A DNA stretch of 64,000 nt, taken from assembly GCA_046538105.1 (NCBI GenBank), contig JBKHJO010000001.1, positions 29,707 through 93,706 on the forward strand, in the 5' to 3' direction. This document shows, one piece after another, positions 1-7,776 of the stretch (the stretch's first letter is position 1; each line of letters begins with the position of its first letter). The notes below the pieces were generated by a model that saw only the letters and a program-made list of their open reading frames with translations, had not been told where the DNA came from and did no database searches. This stretch comes from Anaerolineales bacterium (GTDB lineage: Bacteria > Chloroflexota > Anaerolineae > UBA1429). The translations under genes and the position numbers were made by a program.

Positions 1-330
1 GCTGGCTCTTTGTGAGGCGGGGAATACGCGGTTGCCCCGTTCGGTGATGGTGGGCACACCCAAGTTCTCAAAGAAGGCAAGGAGGTCGTCGACGAAAAAG
101 CGCGCAAAGGCATTGTGCATAAAAGCACCATTGGGCCCCAAATGTTGCATGAACTCGTTGATGGGGCCATTATTCGTCAGGTTGCAGCGTCCCTTGCCCG
201 TGATGCGCAATTTACTTCCCAGGCGGCGCGTCTTTTCGAACAGCAGGACATCCGCACCCATCTCTGCCGCCCTACCGGCAGCCATGAGTCCCGCTGCGCC
301 ACCTCCTATAACGATGATCTTTTCTGACAT
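1..330 (-). CDS. NAD(P)/FAD-dependent oxidoreductase (HI0933/BaiN-like flavoprotein), N-terminal part; gene runs off the window start
   Basis: Minus-strand ATG at 330, reading MSEKIIVIGGGAAGLMAAGRAAEMGADVLLFEKTRRLGSKLRITGKGRCNLTN... with a GxGxxG dinucleotide-binding motif. It has no stop in the window, so it is absent from the ORF track. Confidence 0.7.
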   Translation of the reverse strand, partial: MSEKIIVIGGGAAGLMAAGRAAEMGADVLLFEKTRRLGSKLRITGKGRCNLTNNGPINEFMQHLGPNGAFMHNAFARFFVDDLLAFFENLGVPTITERGNRVFPASQRAS

Positions 331-343
331 ACGTTTCCGTTCA

Positions 344-378
344 AGGGCAAAAAAAGAGGCGGGTTTTCCGTGCAACCC
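344..378 (-). terminator. Rho-independent terminator downstream of SRP RNA
   Basis: Minus-strand hairpin GGGUUGCACGGAAAACCC followed by GCCUCUUUUUUUGCCC. Confidence 0.7.
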
Positions 379-394
379 ACCCTGACACAAAAAA

Positions 395-665
395 GTGTCG
401 TGCACCCTCCCTTGTTATGATTTCGGCAATACCTCCTGACCAGCCAGCTCCGGACAAGCGCCCCCGCGTCGCCCGAAGGGAACTGCTTACCGCTGCTTCC
501 TCCCGGACCTGACGGGGTTCGCAGGCCTTCGCCGCACGGGACTCATCCTTCATCGCCACTTTGTCAGGAGCCTTTTGCCTAAGACCATCCCGCAGGAGGG
601 AATTCGACCCCGCTATAGCGGTTTGCGGGTACAGAGCACCGCTAGCTCTCCGTCTAGCACGACAA
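395..665 (-). ncRNA. ffs: Signal recognition particle RNA, long Bacillus-type (Alu domain plus S domain)
   Basis: Minus-strand transcript begins ..GUGCUAGACGGAGAGCUAGCGGUGCUCUGUACCCGCAAACCGCUAUAGCGGGGUCGAAUUCCCU (matches the 5' Alu-domain of B. subtilis scRNA as recalled). It contains the helix-8 motif GUCAGGUCCGGGAGGAAGCAGC (E. coli 4.5S: GUCAGGUCCGGAAGGAAGCAGC) and ends ..GGGUGCACGAC. It is flanked by its own promoter and terminator. The ends are approximate. Confidence 0.7.
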
Positions 666-670
666 ATTAT

Positions 671-699
671 ATGATACTTGAAAGGGGAAATCCTGTCAA
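671..699 (-). promoter_or_regulatory. sigma70-like promoter for SRP RNA
   Basis: Minus strand: TTGACA, 17-nt spacer, TATCAT, about 7 nt upstream of the inferred RNA 5' end. Confidence 0.55.
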
Positions 700-708
700 A
701 AGAAGAGG

Positions 709-794
709 CGGAGAGGGCGGGATTTGAACCCGCGAGGCTTATCACCTACACGATTTCCAATCGTGCGCACTAAACCAGACTATGCGACCTCTCC
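709..794 (-). tRNA. tRNA-Ser (anticodon GGA)
   Basis: Hand-folded cloverleaf: acceptor GGAGAGG/CCUCUCC, anticodon loop UUGGAAA (GGA), long variable arm, T-arm GCGGG-UUCAAAU-CCCGC, discriminator G. CCA is not encoded. Confidence 0.85.
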
Positions 795-801
795 ATGGCG
801 A

Positions 802-829
802 ATTATACCATATCCGGGCACATCCTCAA
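802..829 (-). promoter_or_regulatory. sigma70-like promoter for tRNA-Ser
   Basis: Minus strand: TTGAGG, 16-nt spacer, TATAAT, then 7 nt to the tRNA 5' end. Confidence 0.6.
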
Positions 830-944
830 AAAATCGCCTCACAGGATAGCTAATTTGAGGTAAACCTTGTGCTCAGTGATCCAGAAAATGGGTTCGTTTC
901 GTAATTCCTGTATCAACAGTGTTTACGTATCGCCCATTGCATCA

Positions 945-974
945 GAAGCAGGGACACCATACAGCGTCCCTGCT
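945..974. terminator. Stem-loop between the tRNA-Ser region and the convergent enolase-superfamily gene; possible terminator
   Basis: 10-bp stem AAGCAGGGAC/GUCCCUGCUU with a 10-nt loop. The U-tract is weak. Confidence 0.35.
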
Positions 975-1010
975 TGGCGTGTATATGGTTTCTAGGAACC
1001 CTTCCCTGGT

Positions 1011-2174
1011 CTAATCGAAATAGGTGTCGCCTCCCCAGAGCAGGGATTTCGCCACATCGTCGTTGAGTTCGACGCCGATGCCGGGGCGTTCGCCCAGTTC
1101 CACCCATCCGTCGCGAACCATGGGCTTGTCCCCCTCATACAGGTCCTCAAACCAGGGAATCTCGCGCCCATGGAACTCGAGTACCATAAAGTTCGGTACC
1201 GTGGCCATGAGATGACAGGCGGCCATCATTCCCAGGGGAGAGGAGACATTGTGAGGCGCGATGGGGATATAGTAGGCATCGGCCAGGTCCGCGATGCGCT
1301 TCCCCTCCATCAGGCCTCCCGCCTTGGCCAGGTCGGGCATGATGATGTCCACGGCGCGTTTCTCAAACAGTTCGACATAATCGAAGCGGGTATAAAGATT
1401 CTCTCCCGTGCATATCAGGGTGCTGGTCGAGTCCCTGACCTGGGCCATGGCATCCACATTCTCTGCGGGGACAGGCTCTTCCAACCACATCAGGCGCAGA
1501 TCCTCCACAGCGTGGGCCAGGGTGATGGCCGAGCCCATATCGAATTGCCCATGGCAGTCGATGGCCAGATCCACCTCATACCCTATAGCCTCTCGCGTGG
1601 TGGCGATGATGTCCACGATGTGACTCATCTCCTGCGCGGTCAGGCTGCGGTTGTAGCGATCGAGTTTGCCCGGGCTGACGTTATCCACGTCGAACTTGAG
1701 AGCCGTATACCCCTCTTCCAATACCTCCAGTGCCTTCTCGGCGTATGCCTGCGGATCATGGGTCTCGCCGGCATGACAGTCGGCATAGAGGCGTATCCTA
1801 TCACGGAACTCGCCCCCCAGGAGTTGATACACCGGCACGCCCAGGGCCTTGCCCACGATGTCGTACAGGGCGTTCTCGATGCCCGTCAGGGCAAAGATCG
1901 TGGGCGGGGAGTTGGCGCCGGCGTAGCGGCAATGGCGCCGCATCGTCTCGTACAGGGGACCAGTGCGGAAGGGATCCTCATCAATCAAAAAAGGCTTTAG
2001 GGCCAGTACGGCCTCTTTGGTGGCAAAGCCGTTGGAAAAGGGGCCCGCCGAGTTGCATTCGCCGGTGCCCACAATACCTTTGTCGGTATATACCCGTACA
2101 AAGGTCCAGATGGAACCTCCGCTGTGAGGCACCGACTCGCCCACCACACAGGCCTGTACGTCCGTTATTTTCAT
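1011..2174 (-). CDS. Enolase-superfamily enzyme (mandelate racemase/muconate lactonizing family; likely sugar-acid dehydratase)
   Basis: MKITDVQACVVGES...KFDVD...DCHGQF...EEP. Start chosen at the internal ATG (2174) preceded by AGGAGG. Confidence 0.75.
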   Translation of the reverse strand: MKITDVQACVVGESVPHSGGSIWTFVRVYTDKGIVGTGECNSAGPFSNGFATKEAVLALKPFLIDEDPFRTGPLYETMRRHCRYAGANSPPTIFALTGIENALYDIVGKALGVPVYQLLGGEFRDRIRLYADCHAGETHDPQAYAEKALEVLEEGYTALKFDVDNVSPGKLDRYNRSLTAQEMSHIVDIIATTREAIGYEVDLAIDCHGQFDMGSAITLAHAVEDLRLMWLEEPVPAENVDAMAQVRDSTSTLICTGENLYTRFDYVELFEKRAVDIIMPDLAKAGGLMEGKRIADLADAYYIPIAPHNVSSPLGMMAACHLMATVPNFMVLEFHGREIPWFEDLYEGDKPMVRDGWVELGERPGIGVELNDDVAKSLLWGGDTYFD

Positions 2175-2275
2175 GGATCTATCCTCCTGTAGAAAAAAGA
2201 TCAGGTATTTTGATGTCCCAAGTATAACGGACACGCATCCTGCAGCCAACTGGACTGTCCGCATAAAGGAGTATC

Positions 2276-2593
2276 TTAGATGGTATGTCTGCCCCTGCCG
2301 CCTCCCTCGGCGTGGACGACCTTTAACTTGCCGTCCGTATCCAGGGAGCGTTTTTCCTTCGCTTTTCCTTTAGCCGCTCTCAGCCGCCCTTTTGGGTCCT
2401 GTTCCAGTCTCAATTTCCTGTATTGATAGTGATGTCGTAGCAGTCGTAAGGCGAAGGTTCCTGCCGGGGCCAGAAACAGCAACCAGGCCACCAGGATACC
2501 CCGCCAGGGCTGGGGCACCTGATATATGGCGAGGGCCAGTACGATACCCACTATGGAGAGATTCATCAGAAACAGTCCTTTTATCGCTACCAT
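2276..2593 (-). CDS. Small hypothetical membrane protein (2 predicted TM helices, basic C-terminus)
   Basis: ORF with hydrophobic segments LFLMNLSIVGIVLALAIY and ILVAWLLFLAPAGTFAL. It lies 84 nt downstream of the FtsK-like gene on the same strand. Start is uncertain. Confidence 0.4.
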   Translation of the reverse strand: MVAIKGLFLMNLSIVGIVLALAIYQVPQPWRGILVAWLLFLAPAGTFALRLLRHHYQYRKLRLEQDPKGRLRAAKGKAKEKRSLDTDGKLKVVHAEGGGRGRHTI

Positions 2594-2677
2594 CTTTTCT
2601 TCCTTTCTTTTTCCAATCTTTTCGCCTCTGATCCTATCAAGTCGGTGGCGCGAATTTCAGAAGGGATTCCCCTCGTG

Positions 2678-4018
2678 TTACTCTATGGCCATGGCGATGG
2701 CCCGCCGTGCTTTGTCGCGATTGAATCCCCCGGCGGGTAGAGTTTCTTTGGTGAGACGATAGACCCAGTTTAGCGAGGGGGGGGCTCCATGTTCGTCCGT
2801 ATAGTCCTGGATCGCCCGAATCACCTGTGGAGGAATGGGATCCGGTGGTCGGCCGGGGGATTCTTTTGTCGAGCTGTCAAGCGTTCTCTCCTTTTGGCCC
2901 CTTTGTCGGTTCTTGGGCCTGACGGGCACGCGGGGAGGTCGGGGAGGATAGCGCTGTGCCCATGCGCGCAGCGTCTGCTGCTGAATGAGCGCCGCCTGAA
3001 AGTGGCGTACCTTACTACCATTCACAACAAGAAAGTCTCCTTTGCCCAAGAGTTTCCATGCTCCCGTATCGCTCCGTCCGGTGGCATTGTAGGCTGCCGT
3101 GCGGTCGGCAACTCGGCCCACCAGCCGTACCGCCACGTTGCGCATGGTCACAGGGCCCAGGTCAGTGGAAAGGGGGTGCTGTGCTCCCAGAATCAGATGT
3201 ACTCCCGCGTGCCGTCCGGCCTGCGCCAGCCGTGCCAGGTGATTCTTGATGGCTGGTTGTTGCATGATCAATTCGGGTACCTCATCGACAAAGACGTAGG
3301 TCAACGTTCCCCTTTCGCATCCGATGGATTGGGCCAGGGCCTCCAGGCCGCGTTCGCATTCATCAGGGGTATAAAAGAGCCCTCCTCGCCATACCGACGG
3401 GTGGCCGGACAAGGGGCGGAAACCACCGCTGGGATCGAATAGGGCGACCCGAACGCCGCCGATCATCTGGGCTGACAGGATCATGGTACGCATGAGAGTA
3501 GATTTCCCGCTTCCCGTCATTCCTATGGCGGCGGCGTGGACATTCATGGGAGAGGTTAACTCCACCACAAGCTGATGATGATCGTCATCTATACCCAGTA
3601 GGACGCTGCCCAAAGCTATGTCCGGCGCGATGGACCACGCCCGCTGGAAGGTGACGATCTCCTCTCTGTTGCCACCTGCGCGCGGCACGCGGACATAGAC
3701 AACGTTTCCATCGACCTCCACGTCCGCCTCTGCCACGTTCAGAGCATAAGCGAACTGGGGAGCCATACGCTTAAGTTTAGGCAATACGCGAGGATTCACT
3801 CTGAGGGCATACTTTTCGTGGCGTGGCGTGATCAGAACGTTTCCCGCTGGTTCGACGTCGTCAATGCGCCGCCTCTCCACCATGCCGTTACCGTAGGTGA
3901 TCTGTTCCTCATGCCATAGGATGCCGCAATCTTTGCACACACTCAGAACGCGATGGATACGGTCAGAGTAGTGTGTGCCGTGCCGCTTGTGATCCAAAAG
4001 AGATCTCAACACTTGCAT
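2678..4018 (-). CDS. Soluble FtsK/SpoIIIE-family DNA-translocase-like ATPase with a C-terminal winged-helix-like region
   Basis: Walker A GMTGSGKST and Walker B FVDEV. There are no TM segments. N-terminal CxxC (CKDCG). C-terminal region IRAIQDY...NWVYRLTKETL. Confidence 0.75.
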   Translation of the reverse strand: MQVLRSLLDHKRHGTHYSDRIHRVLSVCKDCGILWHEEQITYGNGMVERRRIDDVEPAGNVLITPRHEKYALRVNPRVLPKLKRMAPQFAYALNVAEADVEVDGNVVYVRVPRAGGNREEIVTFQRAWSIAPDIALGSVLLGIDDDHHQLVVELTSPMNVHAAAIGMTGSGKSTLMRTMILSAQMIGGVRVALFDPSGGFRPLSGHPSVWRGGLFYTPDECERGLEALAQSIGCERGTLTYVFVDEVPELIMQQPAIKNHLARLAQAGRHAGVHLILGAQHPLSTDLGPVTMRNVAVRLVGRVADRTAAYNATGRSDTGAWKLLGKGDFLVVNGSKVRHFQAALIQQQTLRAWAQRYPPRPPRVPVRPKNRQRGQKERTLDSSTKESPGRPPDPIPPQVIRAIQDYTDEHGAPPSLNWVYRLTKETLPAGGFNRDKARRAIAMAIE

Positions 4019-4346
4019 CTCAAAAACCCTTCCCGGATAGTGGTATAGAACATTTGTTCTACCATATTATAATCCACAGGTATTGCTTTGTCAAGTTTTC
4101 ATGCTCTTTTCTTTTTCCTTTACCATTGTATTGTGATATTTGGGATAAAAGTTTTCTCTTTGGGATAATGACTTGAAGGCTTTGTTCATTTTGCTTTGGG
4201 ATGCGGAGATGCTGTGTGAGGAATCTGATCTATGGCTTGTCGAAAAAGGGGTTTTGTGATATCCTCTATGTAAGCGACGCGAAGAATGGTTTCTCACGTT
4301 GCTTGGTTTTGTGTAGATCAGATATATTGAGGAGTAGGGTTCTTCT
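4019..4346. promoter_or_regulatory. AT-rich (~38% GC) divergent intergenic regulatory region
   Basis: Composition is strongly below the ~60% window average. TTTGGGAT is repeated three times. A candidate plus-strand promoter TTGCTT, 18 nt, TATATT precedes the GAGGAG RBS of the topoisomerase gene. Confidence 0.5.
4066..4094 (-). promoter_or_regulatory. Consensus sigma70 promoter for the FtsK-like gene
   Basis: Minus strand: TTGACA, 17 nt, TATAAT (the -10 lies within the palindromic ATTATAAT), ~40-nt leader with a GGGAAGGG RBS. Confidence 0.6.
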
Positions 4347-6593
4347 GTGTTGGAGCAATTTGTTCATAATGGTGTTATCGTGCCCAAGCCATCGGATCTT
4401 CCCGGACTCTTTATCGTGGTGCAGGGAGAGGAGATAGAACTCACCCCCAAACAGGAAGAGATGGCTCTGGCCTGGGCGCGGAAGAAGGATACAAAATATG
4501 TGCAAGATGAGGTCTTTGTCAGGAACTTTTTCGAGGATTTCAGCAAGGCTTTGGGCGTTGAACCTCCCTTGACCCCGGAGGAGGTGGATTTTACCGCCTA
4601 TTATGCTTATCTGGAGGCCCAGCAAGAGGCAAAAGAGGAGATGAGCAAGGAGGAGCGTAAGGCGGATCGCGAGGCGCGCAAGGCGGAACGAGAAAGGCTA
4701 AAGGCCAAATATGGCTATGCTATCGTGGATGGCCAGCGCGTTGAACTGGGCACTTATATGGTCGAGCCCAGCAGCATATTTGTGGGACGCGGCAAACATC
4801 CGCTGCGGGGCCGCTGGAAGGAGGGGGCCGAACGCTCCGATATCACCCTCAATCTGAGTCCTGACGCGTCTCTGGACCGGGATGGCTGGGACGAGATCGT
4901 ATGGCAGCCCGATTCCATGTGGGTGGCTCGTTGGAAAGACAAGCTCTCTGGGAAACTCAAGTATGTCTGGCTGGGAGATACGGCGCCGATCAAGCAGGAG
5001 CGAGAAGCGGAAAAGTTCGACAAGGGTCGCCGCCTGGGGAGAAAGCTGGGGGAGGTGAGGGAGCAGATCTCGGGGGATCTGACCTCCGATGATGCCCAAC
5101 GACGCATGGTGGCGACGGCCTGTTATCTGATCGACCATCTATGTCTGCGCGCGGGCGATGAAAAGGATGCCGACGAAGCCGATACGGTGGGGGCCACCAC
5201 GCTGCGTCCGGAGCACGTGACCTTCCACGAGGAAGATAGGATAGTGGAATTCAACTTTTTGGGGAAGGATGCCGTGGAGTGGCATCGAGAACTCGAGGCC
5301 CCCGAGGACGTGTGGGCGAATCTGGTGGAGTTGGTAGAGAGTGCGCAGCCTTCACATTCGCCTGCCGAAGGTGGGGGGGGACACCCCGTGCGGAATCTGC
5401 CCCAGTTGTTCCACGATATCGACAGCCGGGACGTGAATGCTTACTTGTCGGCCATATTGCCGGGATTGACGGCCAAGGTCTTTCGCACCTACCATGCGAC
5501 GGCGGCCGTGCGGAAGCATCTGGCGGCATCGGACGTAAAGCCGGAGGATCCCGAGCATGTGAAATGGAAGGTGGCCAGCGAGGCCAACCTTGAGGCTGCC
5601 CGGTTGTGCAATCACACAAAAGAGTATCAGGGCGATTGGGAGAAGGCGCGTGAACGCTATGAGAGCCGCCGGGAGAGGGCCGAGGAACGCATAGCGCGAT
5701 ATGAGGAGCAGGTGGCGGAGCGCGAGGAAAGACTTGCCGCTTTGGAAAAAGAGGTCGCCGAAGAAGAGGCGGAAGCCGAAACGCCGGAGGCGCAGAAGGA
5801 GATTCGTGAGCGATATGTAGAGCGCCTCGATAAGGCACATGAGCGCATCGAGGCCTCCAGGGAGCGCTTGGAGCGAGCCAGGGTTGCGCTGGATAAAATC
5901 GATACCCAATTCATGATAAGAAAGCAGAAGCGCGACTGGAATACGGGTACCAGTCTCAAGTCCTACATCGATCCTCGCGTTTACTATCGCTGGGGGGAAA
6001 AGGTGGACTATGACGTATTGAACGCATACTATCCGGCGAAACTGCGGCGAAATTTCGCCTGGGTGCGGACGGCGGCCTATGGCGACTATGATGAATTCGA
6101 AGAGGAACATGGCATCACGCTGCGTACATGCATGCACGCTGATCTACGGAGTGTGGCCGAATTTCTTGACGAGGTAGCCGAGAGATATCCCGACGCCGAT
6201 CTACCCCTCGATCCGGAGGAGATAGCCGATAGGTACTTGCCCTCTCTGTACGAGGAATGGCGGGAGGCATTTATCGTCCTGGATAATGATGAGAAGATCA
6301 TCGCCTTTGTCGCGGTGGGACCTGTATGGAACAGCAACGGGGCGGAACTTCTCGATGTTTTTGGTGTGGTTGCCTCCGAATGGGATCGTGCAGATTTCGC
6401 CGGGCTTTTGGAGGCGGAGGTGAGGCGTCGCACCCAATTCTACAAGGTGCAGCATCCCAAGAAGGACTTTGCTCTTTGCCCCTGTGATGAGTCCTGTCTG
6501 GAGCATGCTCGCGCATTGAGGGCGGCTCTGGACATCGTCAAGGCACCCCAAGAGGGAGAGGTTTCAGAGGGTAAAGGGGATAGCGAGGAGTAA
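4347..6593 (+). CDS. Type IB DNA topoisomerase, eukaryote-like large form, with an extra 164-aa C-terminal domain
   Basis: GTG start after GAGGAG. N-terminal core LTPKQEEMALAWARKK..EVFVRNFFEDF (compare human TOP1 LSPKAEEVATFFAKML..EIFRKNFFKDW as recalled). Catalytic residues TTLRPEH, VEFNFLGKD, AKVFRTYHAT and LCNH are present. Coiled-coil linker. Active-site SLKSYIDPRVYYRW. Canonical end ..DYDEF, then an extension to 748 aa. Confidence 0.85.
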   Translation: MLEQFVHNGVIVPKPSDLPGLFIVVQGEEIELTPKQEEMALAWARKKDTKYVQDEVFVRNFFEDFSKALGVEPPLTPEEVDFTAYYAYLEAQQEAKEEMSKEERKADREARKAERERLKAKYGYAIVDGQRVELGTYMVEPSSIFVGRGKHPLRGRWKEGAERSDITLNLSPDASLDRDGWDEIVWQPDSMWVARWKDKLSGKLKYVWLGDTAPIKQEREAEKFDKGRRLGRKLGEVREQISGDLTSDDAQRRMVATACYLIDHLCLRAGDEKDADEADTVGATTLRPEHVTFHEEDRIVEFNFLGKDAVEWHRELEAPEDVWANLVELVESAQPSHSPAEGGGGHPVRNLPQLFHDIDSRDVNAYLSAILPGLTAKVFRTYHATAAVRKHLAASDVKPEDPEHVKWKVASEANLEAARLCNHTKEYQGDWEKARERYESRRERAEERIARYEEQVAEREERLAALEKEVAEEEAEAETPEAQKEIRERYVERLDKAHERIEASRERLERARVALDKIDTQFMIRKQKRDWNTGTSLKSYIDPRVYYRWGEKVDYDVLNAYYPAKLRRNFAWVRTAAYGDYDEFEEEHGITLRTCMHADLRSVAEFLDEVAERYPDADLPLDPEEIADRYLPSLYEEWREAFIVLDNDEKIIAFVAVGPVWNSNGAELLDVFGVVASEWDRADFAGLLEAEVRRRTQFYKVQHPKKDFALCPCDESCLEHARALRAALDIVKAPQEGEVSEGKGDSEE

Positions 6594-6655
6594 AAGGCTC
6601 TTGTCGAGAAAGGGTAGCGGTCTTTTCACAGGGGTGTTCAGTAAAGGGGGCATCG

Positions 6656-7675
6656 ATGCGGGCTGATGACGAGCGCATCTATCCTCTGACCTTTGAGCCC
6701 GTGTTTCGGGACTATATCTGGGGAGGGCGCCATCTAGAGACCCTCTTTGGCCGGAAACTGCCACCGGGCATCGTGGCCGAGAGTTGGGATATCTCTGGTC
6801 ATCCCAGTTCGCCCACCAAAATCGCTTCGGGCTATTGGCAGGGACGTACATTAAACGAAGTACAGGAGGAATTGGGGACTGATCTGGTGGGCACCCGTTC
6901 CTCCGAGATGCTGGCCCGGAACAAGTTTCCCCTTCTCGTCAAGCTACTGGATGCCAACGCTGCGCTGTCTGTACAGGTCCACCCCGATGATGCCTATGCC
7001 CGGGCGCACGAGGACGGCGAATTGGGCAAGAGCGAGATGTGGTATGTGTTGCACGCGACGCGTAATGCGGAACTGATCTATGGTCTCGCTTCCGGGGTGA
7101 CGCCGGAGAGTTTTCGGCGGGCCGTCGAGGACGGCACTCTCGGGGATCTGCTTCATCGTGTATCCATCGAGAGGGGCGATTGTATCCATATTCCCCCGGG
7201 CACCGTACATTCCCTCCTGGCAGGCGCGGTGGTGGCAGAGATACAGCAGAACTCGGATACCACTTATCGCGTCTACGATTGGGGGCGCGTGGGGGAGGAC
7301 GGGAAACCTCGGCCCTTGCACGTGGACAAAGCGCTGGAGGTGATCGATTGGCAGTGTGTGGAGCCGGACAAAGCCGAAGTCATTCCCATCGCCAAAGACG
7401 AGGGGATGGAGCGCTCGCTGCTGGTCAGCGAGCCGAACTTTGTGGTGGAGCGCCTGGTCATGGAGGAAGGGGCTACCTTCTCGGGAGCCTGCGATGGAAC
7501 GACCTTTGAGATATGGGGTTGCCTGGAGGGCGCGGGGCGCGTGTGCTGGACCGATGAGGCACTGCCGATGGAAGCCGTTCGCTTTGCGCTGCTTCCCGCC
7601 GCGCTGGGAAAGTACATGATTCAGGCCGAGGAATCGGGCACGTTCCTTCGTGTGTATGTGGATGGCAACTCCTAG
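6656..7675 (+). CDS. manA: Mannose-6-phosphate isomerase, class I (cupin type)
   Basis: YPLTFEPVFRDYIWGG, QVHPDD and HSL motifs. RBS AAGGGGG. Confidence 0.8.
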   Translation: MRADDERIYPLTFEPVFRDYIWGGRHLETLFGRKLPPGIVAESWDISGHPSSPTKIASGYWQGRTLNEVQEELGTDLVGTRSSEMLARNKFPLLVKLLDANAALSVQVHPDDAYARAHEDGELGKSEMWYVLHATRNAELIYGLASGVTPESFRRAVEDGTLGDLLHRVSIERGDCIHIPPGTVHSLLAGAVVAEIQQNSDTTYRVYDWGRVGEDGKPRPLHVDKALEVIDWQCVEPDKAEVIPIAKDEGMERSLLVSEPNFVVERLVMEEGATFSGACDGTTFEIWGCLEGAGRVCWTDEALPMEAVRFALLPAALGKYMIQAEESGTFLRVYVDGNS

Positions 7676-7702
7676 TCCTTACAGATAAACGTGAAAGTGA
7701 TG

Positions 7703-7733
7703 GGCGGTGGACGATATACGAATGTCCACCGCC
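7703..7733. terminator. Bidirectional intrinsic terminator between convergent manA and cfa
   Basis: 10-bp stem GGCGGUGGAC/GUCCACCGCC with U-rich flanks on both strands. Confidence 0.6.
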
Positions 7734-7776
7734 GATTGTTATCTCACTGTGCAAAGCCGCGGAGGGAAACTTTTCT

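Noticed and set aside
341-745. Track ORF (134 aa, minus) overlapping the SRP RNA and the tRNA-Ser 3' end
   Set aside because: It overlaps a well-supported structured RNA with its own promoter and terminator. The composition is Arg/Ala-rich typical of GC-driven spurious frames, and it has no RBS.
1170-2000. 276-aa antisense ORF inside the enolase-superfamily gene. Similar long antisense ORFs occur at 5352..6137, 8179..8763, 15760..16860, 28527..29120, 33280..33972, 39498..40352 and 44791..45576.
   Set aside because: These are high-GC antisense open frames opposite genes with strong homology. They have no RBS and an Arg/Gly/His-rich composition.
4091-4297. 68-aa basic ORF (minus) inside the AT-rich intergenic region
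   Set aside because: It overlaps the consensus promoter for the FtsK-like gene, has no RBS and has a low-complexity Ser/Lys composition. It is more likely a by-product of AT-rich sequence.
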